Assembly (NCBI RefSeq): GCF_902713615.1
Contig: NC_052154.1
Coordinates: 69,708,096 to 69,772,095 of the forward strand
DNA from: Scyliorhinus canicula
Taxonomy: Eukaryota
DNA length: 64,000 nucleotides
Reading direction: 5' to 3'
The notes below the pieces were generated by a model. The model had not been told where the DNA came from, ran no database searches, and saw only the letters and a list, made by a program, of their open reading frames with translations. A program made the position numbers and the translations under genes. Positions 12,481-24,500 of the stretch are shown piece by piece (the first letter of the stretch is position 1; the number at the start of each line of letters is the position of its first letter).

Positions 12481-12738
12481 GGAACAATGCCGTGGGGCAG
12501 CACGGTAGCATAGTGGCTAGCACTGTGGCTTCACAGTGCCAGGGTCCCAGATTCGATTCCCTGCTGGGTCACTGTCTGTGTGGAGTCTGCACGTTCTCCC
12601 CGTGTCTGTGTGGGTTTCCTCCGGGTGCTCCAGTTTCCTCCCACAGTCCAAAGATGAGCAGGTTAGGTGGATTGGCCAAGCTAAATTGCTCTTAGTGTCC
12701 AAAAGGGTTAGATGGGGTTGTTGGGTTAGGGGGATAGG

Positions 12739-14916
12739 ATGGCTCTCAGGGGGTCGGCAGAGTGGCAGGGGATAATGAGGGGACAGAGGGAGCATCGCGT
12801 GTCGCTCTATGCCGATGACCTCCTGCTGTATGTTTCAGATCCGTTGGAGAGTATGGGAAGGATTATGGGCCTGTTAGGGAGGTTTGGAGGGTTCTCCGGA
12901 CATAAGCTGAATGTAGGGAAAAGCGAGGCATTCCCGGTGAATGAGCTGGCACAGCAGACCAATTTAGGGGGGGATGCCATTTACGGTAGCGAGGAACAGG
13001 TTTAGGTACTTGGGGATTCAGGTAGCGAGGAAATGGACGGGGCTCCATAAGTGGAGCTTAATGAAGCTGGTGGAGGAGGCCAGGAAGGATCTTAAGAGGT
13101 GGGATACACTGCACTGAATGGAGGAGGAACCTTGTATGGGGTCTAGTTTGAGGGCTATGGTGACGGCAGCATTGCCAATGACTCCGAGTAGGTATACAGG
13201 GACAGCAGCGGCCCTAGGGTTGCTGGCGCCCCGGGAAAGCTGAACTTCGGCGCCCTTACAAGTGCCAATTTTAAAGGCCTCCAGCGCTGCGCTCCATCAC
13301 CTTTCCCCCGCTGCGGATAGCCTTTTCCTGCTCCCCTCGGCGGCCCTCCTCCCGCCGAGGACCCTCCGTGCAGCCACTGCCTCACACAGACACTGAGCAG
13401 CCGCCAACGGCTGAACCAGACCGGCAGGCGGCCGAGGCCAATCAACATGGCGGCTGCACAGGGGGCGGGGCCGGGGCTGAAGGAGCACCCCACGTGACTC
13501 TGGGCTGCGCGTGGGCAGCTACTGAGCATGCGTAGCTGCCATCAAGCGGAGGCAACATGTTGCAAATGCGCAGATCGTCCTTAGAATCTTACAACCTTTC
13601 GGCCACTGAATTAATTAGATTTGATTTATTGTCACCTGTACCATGAAACACATAGGACATACAGAAGTACATAATGCAAATACATAGACATAGACTTGAT
13701 GGCGCCCCCTAGCACATGGCGCCCCGGGCGACTGCCCGAGGTGCCGGTACCTTGAGCCGGCCCTGTACAGGGAGCCCAGTGGTGCAGTCCATGTTGAAGA
13801 TATGGAATCAGCTGAGGAGCCATTTTAGGGTGGAAGGGGTGTTGGTGCTAACGCCGCTGTGTAGAAATCATGGGTTTGAGCCGGGGGGGGGGGGGGGGGG
13901 GGGGTGGATAGTTTATACAGGAGGTGGAGGGAAGTGGGGCTGGTCAAGGTGAGGGATTTGTATTTGGAGGAAGGGTTTGCCAGTCTGGAGGAGCTTTGGG
14001 AGAGGGTAGAGCTGCCAAGGGGTAGTGAGTTCAGGTATCTACAGGTTAGGGACTTTGCACGAAAGGTCTGGAAGGGGTTCCCTAAATTGCTGGGATACAC
14101 CCTGCTGGAGCGACTGCTGCTTCCGGATGTGGAAGGGGAGGGAAGAATTGGGGATATATACAAGTGACTGGGGGAGCAAGGAGGCCAGCGGATGGTGAAG
14201 ATCAAGGAGAAATGGGAAGCGGAGTTGGGAATGGAGATCAATTGGGGAGTATGGAGTGAGGCACTGCGAGGGGTAAACGGGACCTCCTCTTGTGCAAGGA
14301 TGAGCCTGATAGTTCAAGGTGGTGCACAGGGTGCATATGACTCGGGCGAGAATGAGTGGGTTCTTTCAGGGGGTAGCAGATGAGTGTGAGAGGTGTGGGC
14401 AGGGGCCAGCGAATCATGCGCACATGTTTTAGGCTTGTGAAAAATTGGAAAGATTTTGGGCGGGAGTATTCGGGGTTTTAGCCAGGATAGTGGAGGAGGG
14501 AGTGGATCCGGAACCTTTGGTGCCGATATTTGGGGTTTCAGGGAAGCCGGAACTCATGGAGAGGAGGAAGGCCGTGTCATGGCCTTCGCCTCTCTGATTG
14601 CACTGCGGCGGTCGGCATCGCCACCGGGGGTAGCAGCATGGTTAGGTGACCTGTACGACTTCCTGCGGTTAGAGAAGATAAAGTATGAGTTAAGGGCTCA
14701 GCAGGGGAGTTCAAGAAAAGGTGGGGGAGGTTTGTGACCTTATTTGAGGAGCTGTTCGTCGCAGGGAGGGTGGGTGGGTAATGGAGAGCGGGGGGTGGAA
14801 AAGGAGGAGAATCTGTACCAACTGTACAGTTGATTGTTGGGAAGAATGTTTCCCGGGGTGTTTATTTGTTGTAACCTACTTTAATACAAGTTTGAATAAA
14901 GTGCGTTTTTAAAAAA
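12739..14916 (+). mobile_element. 5'-truncated, internally deleted L1/Tx1-clade LINE with 17-bp TSD
   Basis: EHRVSLYADDLLLY RT motif; C-terminal CxxC...H...C region; AATAAA and A-tail; TSD tgggttagggggatagg at 12722-12738 and 14917-14933. Confidence 0.92.
13203..13765. mobile_element. Non-autonomous hAT-type DNA transposon, 563 bp, 8-bp TSD
   Basis: TSD tacaggga at 13195-13202 and 13766-13773; termini cagcagcggc / gccggccctg. Confidence 0.85.
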
Positions 14917-15190
14917 TGGGTTAGGGGGATAGGGTGGAAGTGAGGGCTTAAGTGGGTGCAGACTCGATGGGTCGAATGGCTTCCTTCTGCACTGTATGTT
15001 CTATGTTCTATGTTAGCGGAATTACGTTACAAATCAGATTGCGAGGCGGAATACGCTCGAGGGCCTGGGAGGTCTGCTCCTTTTCCGCATCCTAACTTGC
15101 TGTTCATGCCCAATGCAGGTTCTGTGCTGCAGGTGGGGGAAGTCTTTCGACTGTCTCACTTCCTGACCAGAGTATACAGCCAAAGCCAGG

Positions 15191-15360
15191 AACAGAAAAT
15201 GCTGGACAATCTCGGCAGCTCCGCTTTGAACAAGAGTAATCCAGACTCAAAACGTTAGCTCCATTCTCTCTCCCCACAGGTGCTGTCAGACCTGCTGAGA
15301 TTGTCCAGCATTTTCTGTTTGGTGTTTCAGATACCAGCATCTGCAGTAATTTCCTTTTAT
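15191..15360. mobile_element. Penelope-like inverted-repeat relic
   Basis: aacagaaaatgctggacaatctc (15191-15213) is the perfect reverse complement of 15297-15319; internal decayed hammerhead-like gactcaaaacgtt. Confidence 0.6.
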
Positions 15361-15473
15361 CAGAGTACAGACCCTACTCGCCAAGCAGAGTGGAAGCTTT
15401 ACAAAGAATGATTTGCCAGCTGTGAATTCATATGGTAACACAGTTCATAAAGATTAAGGCTATCTTTGAATGT

Positions 15474-15565
15474 CAAAGTCACCTGAAGAAGGAGCCGTGC
15501 TCCGAAAGCTCGTGTTTGAAACAAACCTGTTGGACTTTAACCTGGTGTTGTAAGACTTCTTACTG
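15474..15565 (+). mobile_element. 92-bp Penelope-derived insert with 13-bp TSD
   Basis: Direct repeat tatctttgaatgt at 15461-15473 and 15566-15578. Confidence 0.75.
15480..15514 (+). ncRNA. Minimal type I hammerhead ribozyme motif
   Basis: cac-CTGAAGA-a-ggagc-cgt-gctcc-GAAA-gc-TC-gtg: core boxes, stem II, palindromic AGCT in place of stem III, stem I cac/gtg. Confidence 0.7.
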
Positions 15566-16000
15566 TATCTTTGAATGTAGTATCGATCCCATCTCTAAAA
15601 TGGCTGTCATATGTTTTCTGTCCCAGGATATGGGTGGAAGCTGGTTATCAGATCGGTGTTTGACTCTTGTTTTTTGATCTTTCGCCCCCTGCTTTCTCTA
15701 TTTTATTGACACTATTTGAACTTCCTCTGCTGTTCGTTTGGAGCCCCGAAACCCTGAATTTAACTCAGCCCAAATCTCCCGAGATTGGACGGGTTCTGAT
15801 TGGATGCCCATTTTACATCATGCTCAGACACCCCACTCACGCTTCTCAAAATGCAAGTTTTTGATCTCAGCTGGACTGTCAGGAGTGAGCGCAATCAAGC
15901 AGAGGCATGAAGGCAGTCAGAAAGCAGGCAAAATTCCTCTCATAACACTTTAAACCAAAATGTAAAACTTAAAACAAGGGGGGTGGGGGAAAGAGAGGAG

Positions 16001-16772
16001 AGGTGCAATTTAACGGAAATGAAAACGCGTCTCGTGTCGAGTGTGTTTAGCCGGGTATTTCCCGGTGCTCGCAGCGCTGGGAAAGATCACACTATCTAAC
16101 GGGACTCTGTTCGGCGTCTCAGCGGGGAACTTAGTCCCATTTCCTGCTTTGAGGAGCTCCGTCCGCCAGTGCAGGAAGAGATTGGGGTGCCATTTTTAAA
16201 TAGCGGCCCAGTCTCGAGACCTCCCAACCTGACCCCCGGACGCTCTAATGCCCTAACCCATCTATCAGGCGACATCAAGCCACGCCACACCCCACCTATT
16301 AAGGGCACGGCACCCCGAGCTGGATCTCGGTGCGGACAAAATGCCGCCTGGGCACTGTGGCACTGCAAACCTGGCATCCTAGCAGTGGCTCTTCCAGGGT
16401 GCCCGGGTACTACCCTGCCCGGAGGCAAACCACTGCCCCATCCCCACCCCCCTCCCCCACCCGTCCCCCAAGTGCCGGCACGCCAGGCCCCCCCGTGTGG
16501 AGATCAGGACTAACCGATGCAGCGCTGTCTCCGAGGTGCAGGGATTAAATCCAGTGCCTTGGGTAACTCCGGCGAGTGCAGATCAATATGCAGATTATGC
16601 CAGATCTGGATTCTACCCCATTGTGGGTGGGGATCCCATTCGCAACGTCTCACGAGATCTGTTGGATCTCGTGACGTGTGGTGAGCCGGGCAAATGTTGC
16701 GAGAGGCCTTGAGAGATCTACTGGCCACATCAAGCCCTGGTTCAGGCATGGCACAGCCAATAGATTTTGCCC
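16001..16772. mobile_element. Harbinger-type MITE, second family, TSD GAG
   Basis: Termini aggtgcaatttaac / aatagattttgccc; gag at 15998-16000 and 16773-16775. Confidence 0.78.
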
Positions 16773-18947
16773 GAGATTTCCAACTTGTTCATTGGGCATA
16801 AAACTAGTATTTTGGGTAAGTTGCCCCGTTAGAGAACCTGCTAATTTTCATTTTCATTGGATGGCAATTAAAAATCTATCCAGGAATTGACATATCATCC
16901 CCTCACTAAAATTCTCGTGAAATTAAGCTATTTGTCTGTCCCTAAAGAATGGGTGAATAATCAAAATTATGATCACAGTTCATGAAAATTTTCTACACTA
17001 TCCATCCCTGTTCTAAATCCCCTCAGTGCATTTTGTGTATTCACAAACATACATCTTCCATCAAAAAATTACACTTTAATGGTTTCAATCCTTTGTTTGT
17101 GTCCACATGTGCATATCTGTCGGGGTCTGTGCATGTGCAAAACTGCAATAGAAGTATATCAGGAAAGCTACCAGTTGTATTATAACAGTAAGTTCACTGC
17201 AAATTCAGCTTTCGCTTTATACTTTGCCAATTTTACAACAGCCAATGATTGCAAAAATAAAGTCCATGCAAATGTTTGACCAGCAATAATCTTAGCAGCG
17301 TTCGTATCTTTTAAAAGCTGTGAAACCACCCTAGCCAATCGACTACTTTTGCAGTGCTTCCAACGACACAGCAACCGATTATCCATCCAGTTTATACTGA
17401 TCCAATTTACTTTCCCAATGAAGTCAATTCCATTGAACTGCACCCCGAGGGCCTTGGAACTGATCAGTGTCCTGGCCTACATTTACTCCTGAAACATTAA
17501 CGCTAAAACAGATGATTTGGTCATAAGCCATGGCTGTTTGGGTTCGTGCTCAAAATGGCTGTTGTGTTTCTACATTAGAAGTGACTGCACTTCAAAAGTA
17601 ATCCATTGGCTGCAAAGTGCTTTGGGAGATGACAAAAGTCACAAAGATTCTTTTCTTTAACTTGTATAGTATTTTGTACGCAGATTTTCATGCTGATTGC
17701 CAGAGACCAAGAAAACTAGTTATGGCATAAGTAAATGTCTTTCTGCTGACAACTAAAGCAGCAGCATAGGAAGGAACAGTGAATATTATTACACTGACGG
17801 GAAATAGGTTCCTGTTTGAGGAAAAGTCACACCGATCAAAATCGAGAAGCAGGCATGACACATTCAGGGTCTTTATTTTTATACATGTTCTTTTTTTTTT
17901 GCAAGCTCTTTGTGATCTGGCATATCATGGCTCAGATTCTCAATTCAGAAAAAATACTCAAATAACTCAATAATTTGGAAGGTGAGTGAATGGGCCTTTG
18001 AAAATAAGGAGCTTTGTGAAGAGAACTGGAATTTACCATGGCAACTGCATCTGCTTACGTCAGCCTCATTTTGCATTAAGGTCACAGAATAAATTCTTTT
18101 CCACATGAAAAGGAACATTTTTTTGTCACTTTTGACCATATTGTATTACCGATCGTACAAAAAGCATTTAGTCTGGTGAGTGTCAGACCAGCATTAGAAT
18201 CTTTACTCTTTACCAACGTATGGCTTTTTGGACGTCATGATTCCTCCTGCTCCTCCTCCTCCTCCTCCCCCCCCCCCCCCCCCCCCCCCGACTCCTCCTT
18301 ATCCTTTATTAACTCCTACCCTGTTGTGCAGTAGCAGTTTTACTGTACATCATTGTAACAATTTGTGACACAATCCATTTTCCAAGATGTCGGAGTAGGC
18401 ATTTTAGATGCATGGAGGCATTTTTCTGTGGTACACAATATTTCATGTAAGAGAATATACTTCATTGCGTTGGACTGAAAATTGTAATGGTGAATCATGT
18501 ACACTGTGGTAATTTCTTATAATTGCTGGTTTCTTGCTGTATTTCTTTGAGTCTAGAAATTACTGTTTGCAATTTGAGTCTGCAATTCCTTCTGTCTGCT
18601 ATTATAACACAAGTGTAAATCCATTTATTTAAACTTTTCAAACACATCGGTTTAAAATAAAGAGAGAAAGAACTTTCAGACAAACCCATTTAACATTTGG
18701 CTGCTAACAACATCTACAGCAGTTTCTAGGCTACAGTCTGAAAAATTAATCACTGATAATATTAAAGTGTAAAATGTGTTTGGCTGCAGTGACTACGACA
18801 AGACCTTCTTACCATCATCACAAGGTATCTCTACCTCATGGAATTTGATAGCTTCCGCTCAAGTCAGGCCTCTTACCCTTAAAAAATAAAAATGATGTTC
18901 ACTCAGTTTTGGAGATCTTATGGCAACAGTGGTGGCCACTTTTTAAA

Positions 18948-19234
18948 ATAATAATAATCTCTACAAGTGTCACAAGTAGGCTTACATTAACACTGCAATG
19001 AGGTTATTGTGAAAAGCGCCTGTTCGGCAACACAGGGAGAATTCAGAATGTCCAATTCACCTAACAAGCAAATTTTCAGGACTTGTGGGAGGAAACGGGA
19101 GTGTCCGGAGGAAACCCACGCAGACACGGGGAGAACGTGCAACTCCACACATACAGTGAACCAAGCCGGGAATCGAACCCGGGTCCCTGACGCTGTGATG
19201 CAACAGTGTTGACCACTGCGCTACCGTGCCACCC
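18948..19234 (-). mobile_element. V-SINE with alternative tail (gcctacttgtgac...(TTA)n)
   Basis: tRNA head and V domain joined to the tail type of the 2721/21342 family. Confidence 0.85.
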
Positions 19235-19705
19235 ATTGAATGATTGGCAACAAGTTGCAACCAGTCATGAAAGTCAATGCTGCAGTGCTTCGAAAGGAGC
19301 TTCAGACTAACTTTGTAGCATTTCTTTGCCCTTCCCATTATCATTGGTCATTTGAGAGTTGAGAAAACAGGACCAGACGCTGGAGAATATTTTCCATCCA
19401 GATACAGTTGGCTTTGCAGGAGTTTTGCCTGAATGCCTATGGAGCGCTTATGTGTCGCTGATATGCAGCCCAGTCTCACTACAGTACAAGAGTGTGGTGA
19501 CGACAAGTGCGCTCGTACACTAGGACTTATATTAACTTGCAGAGGTGTTTATTGTCAAATACTCACTGCCACAGTTTGTAGAAGGCTGAGGTGACATAGC
19601 TAGTCCAGTGTTGGATCTTCTTGTCAATGGAGGTCTTTTGAGACAGATGGCTGTTAAGGTATGGGAAGTGCTGAAAATATTCAAGAGTCTCTCCTTCAAC
19701 ATATA

Positions 19706-19914
19706 GACCAGAATTCTCCGGCCGTTCGCTGCCAGCGAGTTTCTGTGGTCCCACCGGGAGCGCACCCCCTCCCGCGGGTTTCTGGACAGCATGGGGTGGT
19801 TTCAATGAGAATTCCCATTGACAGTGGCAGGAACTGAGAATCCCGCTCCCAGTGAATGCCACAGAGTCTCCTGCCACCGAGAAACACATGATGGGAGGCC
19901 GGAGAATCCATTCC
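19706..19914. mobile_element. Small (~210 bp) Harbinger-type MITE
   Basis: TIR gaattctccggcc / ggccggagaatcc; no clear TSD. Confidence 0.65.
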
Positions 19915-19957
19915 CCAGTTTTCCATGCTGTTAAACGTAGCACACAAAGGAAATCTT

Positions 19958-20637
19958 GGGCAGGATTCTGCGAAAACTGGCGGGGTGGGCAATGCTGGCA
20001 TGAAGGAGTGGCGTGAACCACTCCGGAGTTGGGCAGCCCCAAAGGTGCGGAATCCTCCGCACCTTCAGGGGCTAGGCCGGTGTTTGCGCTGCGTCGGCCG
20101 GCGTGGAAAGGCTTGGCGCCACGCCAACTGGCGCCGAAGGGCCTCCGCCAGCGGCACGTGTGCTGGGGTCATCCCAGCGCATGCACAGGGGGGTTCATCT
20201 CCACGTCGGCCATCGTGGACTGTTACAGCAGCCGACGCGGAGGAATAGAGTGCCCTCACGGCACAGCCAGCGCGCGGATCGGTGGGCTCCAATCGCGGGC
20301 CAAGTCACCGTGGGGGCACCTCCTAGGGCCAGATCCCACCCCCCCCCCCCTCCCCCCCCCCAAGGACCCCGGAGGCCGCCCGTGGAGCCAGGTCCGGCCG
20401 GTAAGTACCTGTTGGAATTTACGCCGGCGGGACTGGCCGTAAACGGGCGGCCATTTGGCCCATTGAGGGCCGGAGAATCGCCGGGGGGGCCCGCTGCCAG
20501 CGGTCGCCGACCGACGCGCCGTGATTTCTGCCCCCGCCAAATCACCGGCACCGGAGAATTCAGCAGCCGGCAGGGGCGGAACTCACGCCGCCCCCTGGCG
20601 ATTCTCCGACCCGGCGGAGGGTTGGAGAATTCCGCCC
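19958..20637. mobile_element. GC-rich Harbinger-type MITE, TSD CTT
   Basis: TIR gggcaggattct / agaattccgccc; ctt at 19955-19957 and 20638-20640. Confidence 0.92.
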
Positions 20638-20943
20638 CTTATCTCAGTGTAACATTGAAAATTCAAATAAAATAAAAGTGTGGTGTCAGAACCCTGGTAT
20701 CAAGAAGAATAGACTAAATCATGCTGCAATGTTTGGCTACGGACTCCCAAATCTGGGTCCTATTTTACGATGGTTCTGTTAAACTAACAACTTCCTGGTC
20801 CATGTCAGAGCCTGTGGAATGTTTACTCAAAATTATCTTCACAGATTCTACATCCAGATGGGTATCATTTAATCCAGTGCAGTGCGAGTTTGAAAATCTT
20901 CACATTAATGATGGGGGCTGTGAGCTTCCCCACCAGCAACCTA

Positions 20944-21144
<201 letters not shown>

Positions 21145-21342
21145 TTAACACCTGAACTGCTGCCAAATTTCAGTCAAAAGATTAACCAGCATTGAGCCTG
21201 TGTGGATGACGCACAGAAGAATGACAAAAGATACTTCACAAGCCATTTTTCACTGCCTATTACTTACTTTTTCATTACTTCATTCATTTACAGAATCTTA
21301 TGATTGTCCCTCTGCTAGTTAATTGAAAGAACAACCTAATTA

Positions 21343-21535
21343 GGGGCTGGTTTAGATCACTCGGCTAAATCGCTGGCTTTTAAAGCAGACCAAGCAGGCC
21401 AGCAGCACGGTTCGATTCCCGTACCAGCCTCCCCAGACAGGCGCCGGAATGTGGCAACTAGGGGCTTTTCACAGTAACTTCATTGAAGCCTACTCGTGAC
21501 AATAAGCGATTTTTATTTTCATTTTATTTTTCATT
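21343..21535 (+). mobile_element. Short tRNA-derived SINE, (TTTCA)n tail
   Basis: Full-length copy of the 2721 family, inserted in an old CR1 tail. Confidence 0.9.
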
Positions 21536-22179
21536 AGTCCAACTTGCCCAGTCTTTCCCCTTAGCCCTGCAAATCTTTCCTTCTCATGTATTTATTCAAT
21601 TTATTTTTGTCAGTTATTATTGAACCTGCTTCCATGCCCTCTCTGGCAATGTATTGCAGATCACAACTCTACTTGCGCCCCCTTTAGTCCTTTTCCAATT
21701 TTTAAAAATCTGTTTCCTCTGACTACTTACCATCCTGATATTGGGAACAGTCTCTCCTTACGTTCTCCATCAAAATCTTTCCTATGGCCATTAGCGTGCT
21801 TTATTTCCCATGGGATATGAAACTGCACAATACCCTCTGAGGTTTGTGCTTATTCCCCTTTCACACAGAAAGTGTGCGGTAGCAGTCCTGCCCAGACATT
21901 GCAGACAAAATAGGAGTAGTAGGCTATTCAGCCCCTCAAGACTGTTCTGCAAATTGGCAGCAAAACATGACAGGAGAAAAGGGGAGGTCCCCTTCCGATG
22001 AAATGTTAAACCTGTCCCATGTTAATGGACAAAGAGTTGCTGCTGCATTATTCAAAGAAGAGCAGGGGAGCTGTTCTTGGTGTTCTTGGTCACTATTAAA
22101 TTGGTGTTTGCGAGAGGTTGCAGTATGCAAATTGGCTGGCCCATTTCCTATATTACAATATTAATGAGCCCCAGCAAAA

Positions 22180-23212
22180 CGAAAACTCTCCGCTGGTTGC
22201 AGTCATATCTAGCACAAGGGAAGATGGTTGTGGTGGTTGGAGGTCAGCACGAGGACATTATGGCAGGAGTTCCTCAAGGTAGTGTCCTATGTCCAACCAT
22301 CTTCAGCCTCTTCATCAATGACCGTCCCTTCATCATAAGGTCGGAAGTGGGGATGTTCACTGATGACTGTACAACGTTCTGTACCATTTGCGACTCCTCA
22401 GATACTAAAGGAGTCCATGTCCAAACGCAGCAAGACCTGGACAATATGGAGGCTTGGGCTGATAATTGGAAAGTAACATTCCTGCCACACAAATGTTAGG
22501 CAATGACCATCTCCAACAAAAGAGGATGCAACCATCATCCCTTGACAATCAATGGCATTACCATTGCTTAATCCCCCATTATCAACGTCCTGGGGTTATC
22601 ATTAAACATAAACTGAACTGGACCAGCCATATAAATACTGTGGCTACCAGAGCAGATCAAAGACTTGGCAAGTAACTCAACTCCTTACTCCCCAAAGTCT
22701 GTCCACCATCTACAAGGCACAAGTCAGGTAATGGAATACTCTCCAGTTGCCTAGATGAGTACAGTTCCAACAACACTCAAGAAGCTCAACGTCATCCAAA
22801 ACAAAGTAACCTGCTTGATTGCTCCCCCTTCCACAAATATTCAATCCCTCCACCACCGATGAACAGTGGCAGCAGTGTGTACCATCTACAAGATGCACTG
22901 CTGGAACTCACCAAAGCTCCTTCGGCAGCACCTACCAAACCCATGGCCATGACTATCTCAAAGGACATGGGCAGTAGATACCTGGGAACACCACCACCTG
23001 GAAGTTCCCCTCTGAGCCACTCACCATCCTGACTTGGAGATTTATCACCATTCCTTCGCTGTCACTGGGGCAAAATCCTGGAATTTCCTCACTAACATAC
23101 ACCTCAAAGGCTGCAGCGGTTCAAGAAGACAGCTCACCACCACCATCTGAAGGGCAACGAGAGTTGGGCAATAAATACTGGCCTAGCCAGCAATGCCCAT
23201 ATTCCGTAAAAA
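22180..23212 (+). mobile_element. CR1/L2-clade LINE 3' portion
   Basis: WLQSYLAQGKMVVVVGG, VPQGSVLCPTIF, MFTDDCT RT motifs; 3' end gggcaataaatactggcctagccagc. Confidence 0.85.
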
Positions 23213-24500
23213 AAAATTTTTTAAAGTGTATAAACGGCAACAACCTTCACTAGTTTGAAAGTGCTTGGTGTCAGCCGGAGGTCCTGGAAGGTGCTATATA
23301 AATGCAATACCTTAATTTCTTTCTCTAAGCCAGTTCAAAATCTTTTGTGAGACCGGGAAGAGCGTAGGAGCTATCGAGGGATTCTGGGCCTTTGATGCCT
23401 CCTGGTATCCCTCCATTCTCACTGAAGTTGAGATTGCCAACTTGCGTGTTGCTTCATCAGTCTGGAACATTCTGCTCTGAATGCTTCAGCACCCTGGCCA
23501 CTGGATCAATCTCTGAATATTTCTTTTTATAATCACAGTTTAAAATAAGTATGATTACTGGGGCTGTGCTTAGCTGATATGTATAGAGAAAAATAAATGC
23601 GGATACATGCATGATTGAAGTCAAGGGCATCTATTCTCACCTCTCCTCTGATATTCAGCTCTCACACCTATGCGTGGATCAAGGCTGTGATGAAGTCAAA
23701 AGTTGAGTGGGTCTGGCAAAATGTGAGTTGAGCATTATTGGAACATGGGAACAGGATTGGGCCATTCAGCTTCTTAAGCTTGATCTGCCATTTGATTAGA
23801 TCATGGCTGATCTATACCTCAGCTAAATCCTCCTGCCTATGTTCCAAATCCTTTAAAACCATGCCCAATAAAATCCATCTATCTTTGTTTTAAAATTTTC
23901 AACTGACCCTCAGTCTCATGAGTTTTTTGGGGGGCAGGCAGTTCCAGATTTCCACTCCCCTTTGTGAAAACATGCTTGCCAATGTCACCTCTGAATGGCA
24001 ACAATGAAGAGGTCAGGCGTTTGTTGGTGTTACCAATGATGACTCTTTCTGTCACTTCACTAACAATTGTGGGGGAGCAAAGGGTGACTAATGGGACGGT
24101 AATTGGATTAAACACATCCTGGTCTTGTGGATAAGAAATACCTGGGCATTTTTTCACATAACCATATAGATGTCAGCGCTGTAGCTGGTTTACACTGAAA
24201 TAAGTCAACATTTCCTGTAAAGGTTTTTGAGTGCGTGGGTGATGTCACTAAATGTGGTTAAGATCTGGAATGCACTGCCTGAGAGTGTGGTGCAGGCAGA
24301 TTCAATTGTGACTTTCAAAATGGAATTACAATTACCTGCAGAGAAATAAACTGTAGCGCTACAAAGTAATTGCAGGGGAGTGAGGCCAACTAAATAACTT
24401 TCAGAAAGTCAACATGTACACAATGGGACAAATGGCCTCCCTTGTGCTGTACTCCTCTATTTATCCTTCCAGTACTAAGTCCCATGGCAGGGACAGGTAT

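Larger units (their letters stand above)
12494..15012 (+). mobile_element. HE1-like V-SINE (12494-12738 + 14917-15012) split by an L1 insertion
   Basis: tRNA head, V-domain gttctccccgtgtctgtgtgggtttcctccggg, CR1-type tail ccttctgcactgtatgttctatgttctatg. Confidence 0.88.

Noticed and set aside
21343-21430. tRNA genes (A/B-box sequences here and at other SINE heads)
   Set aside because: They continue directly into SINE bodies and tails and lack a complete cloverleaf.
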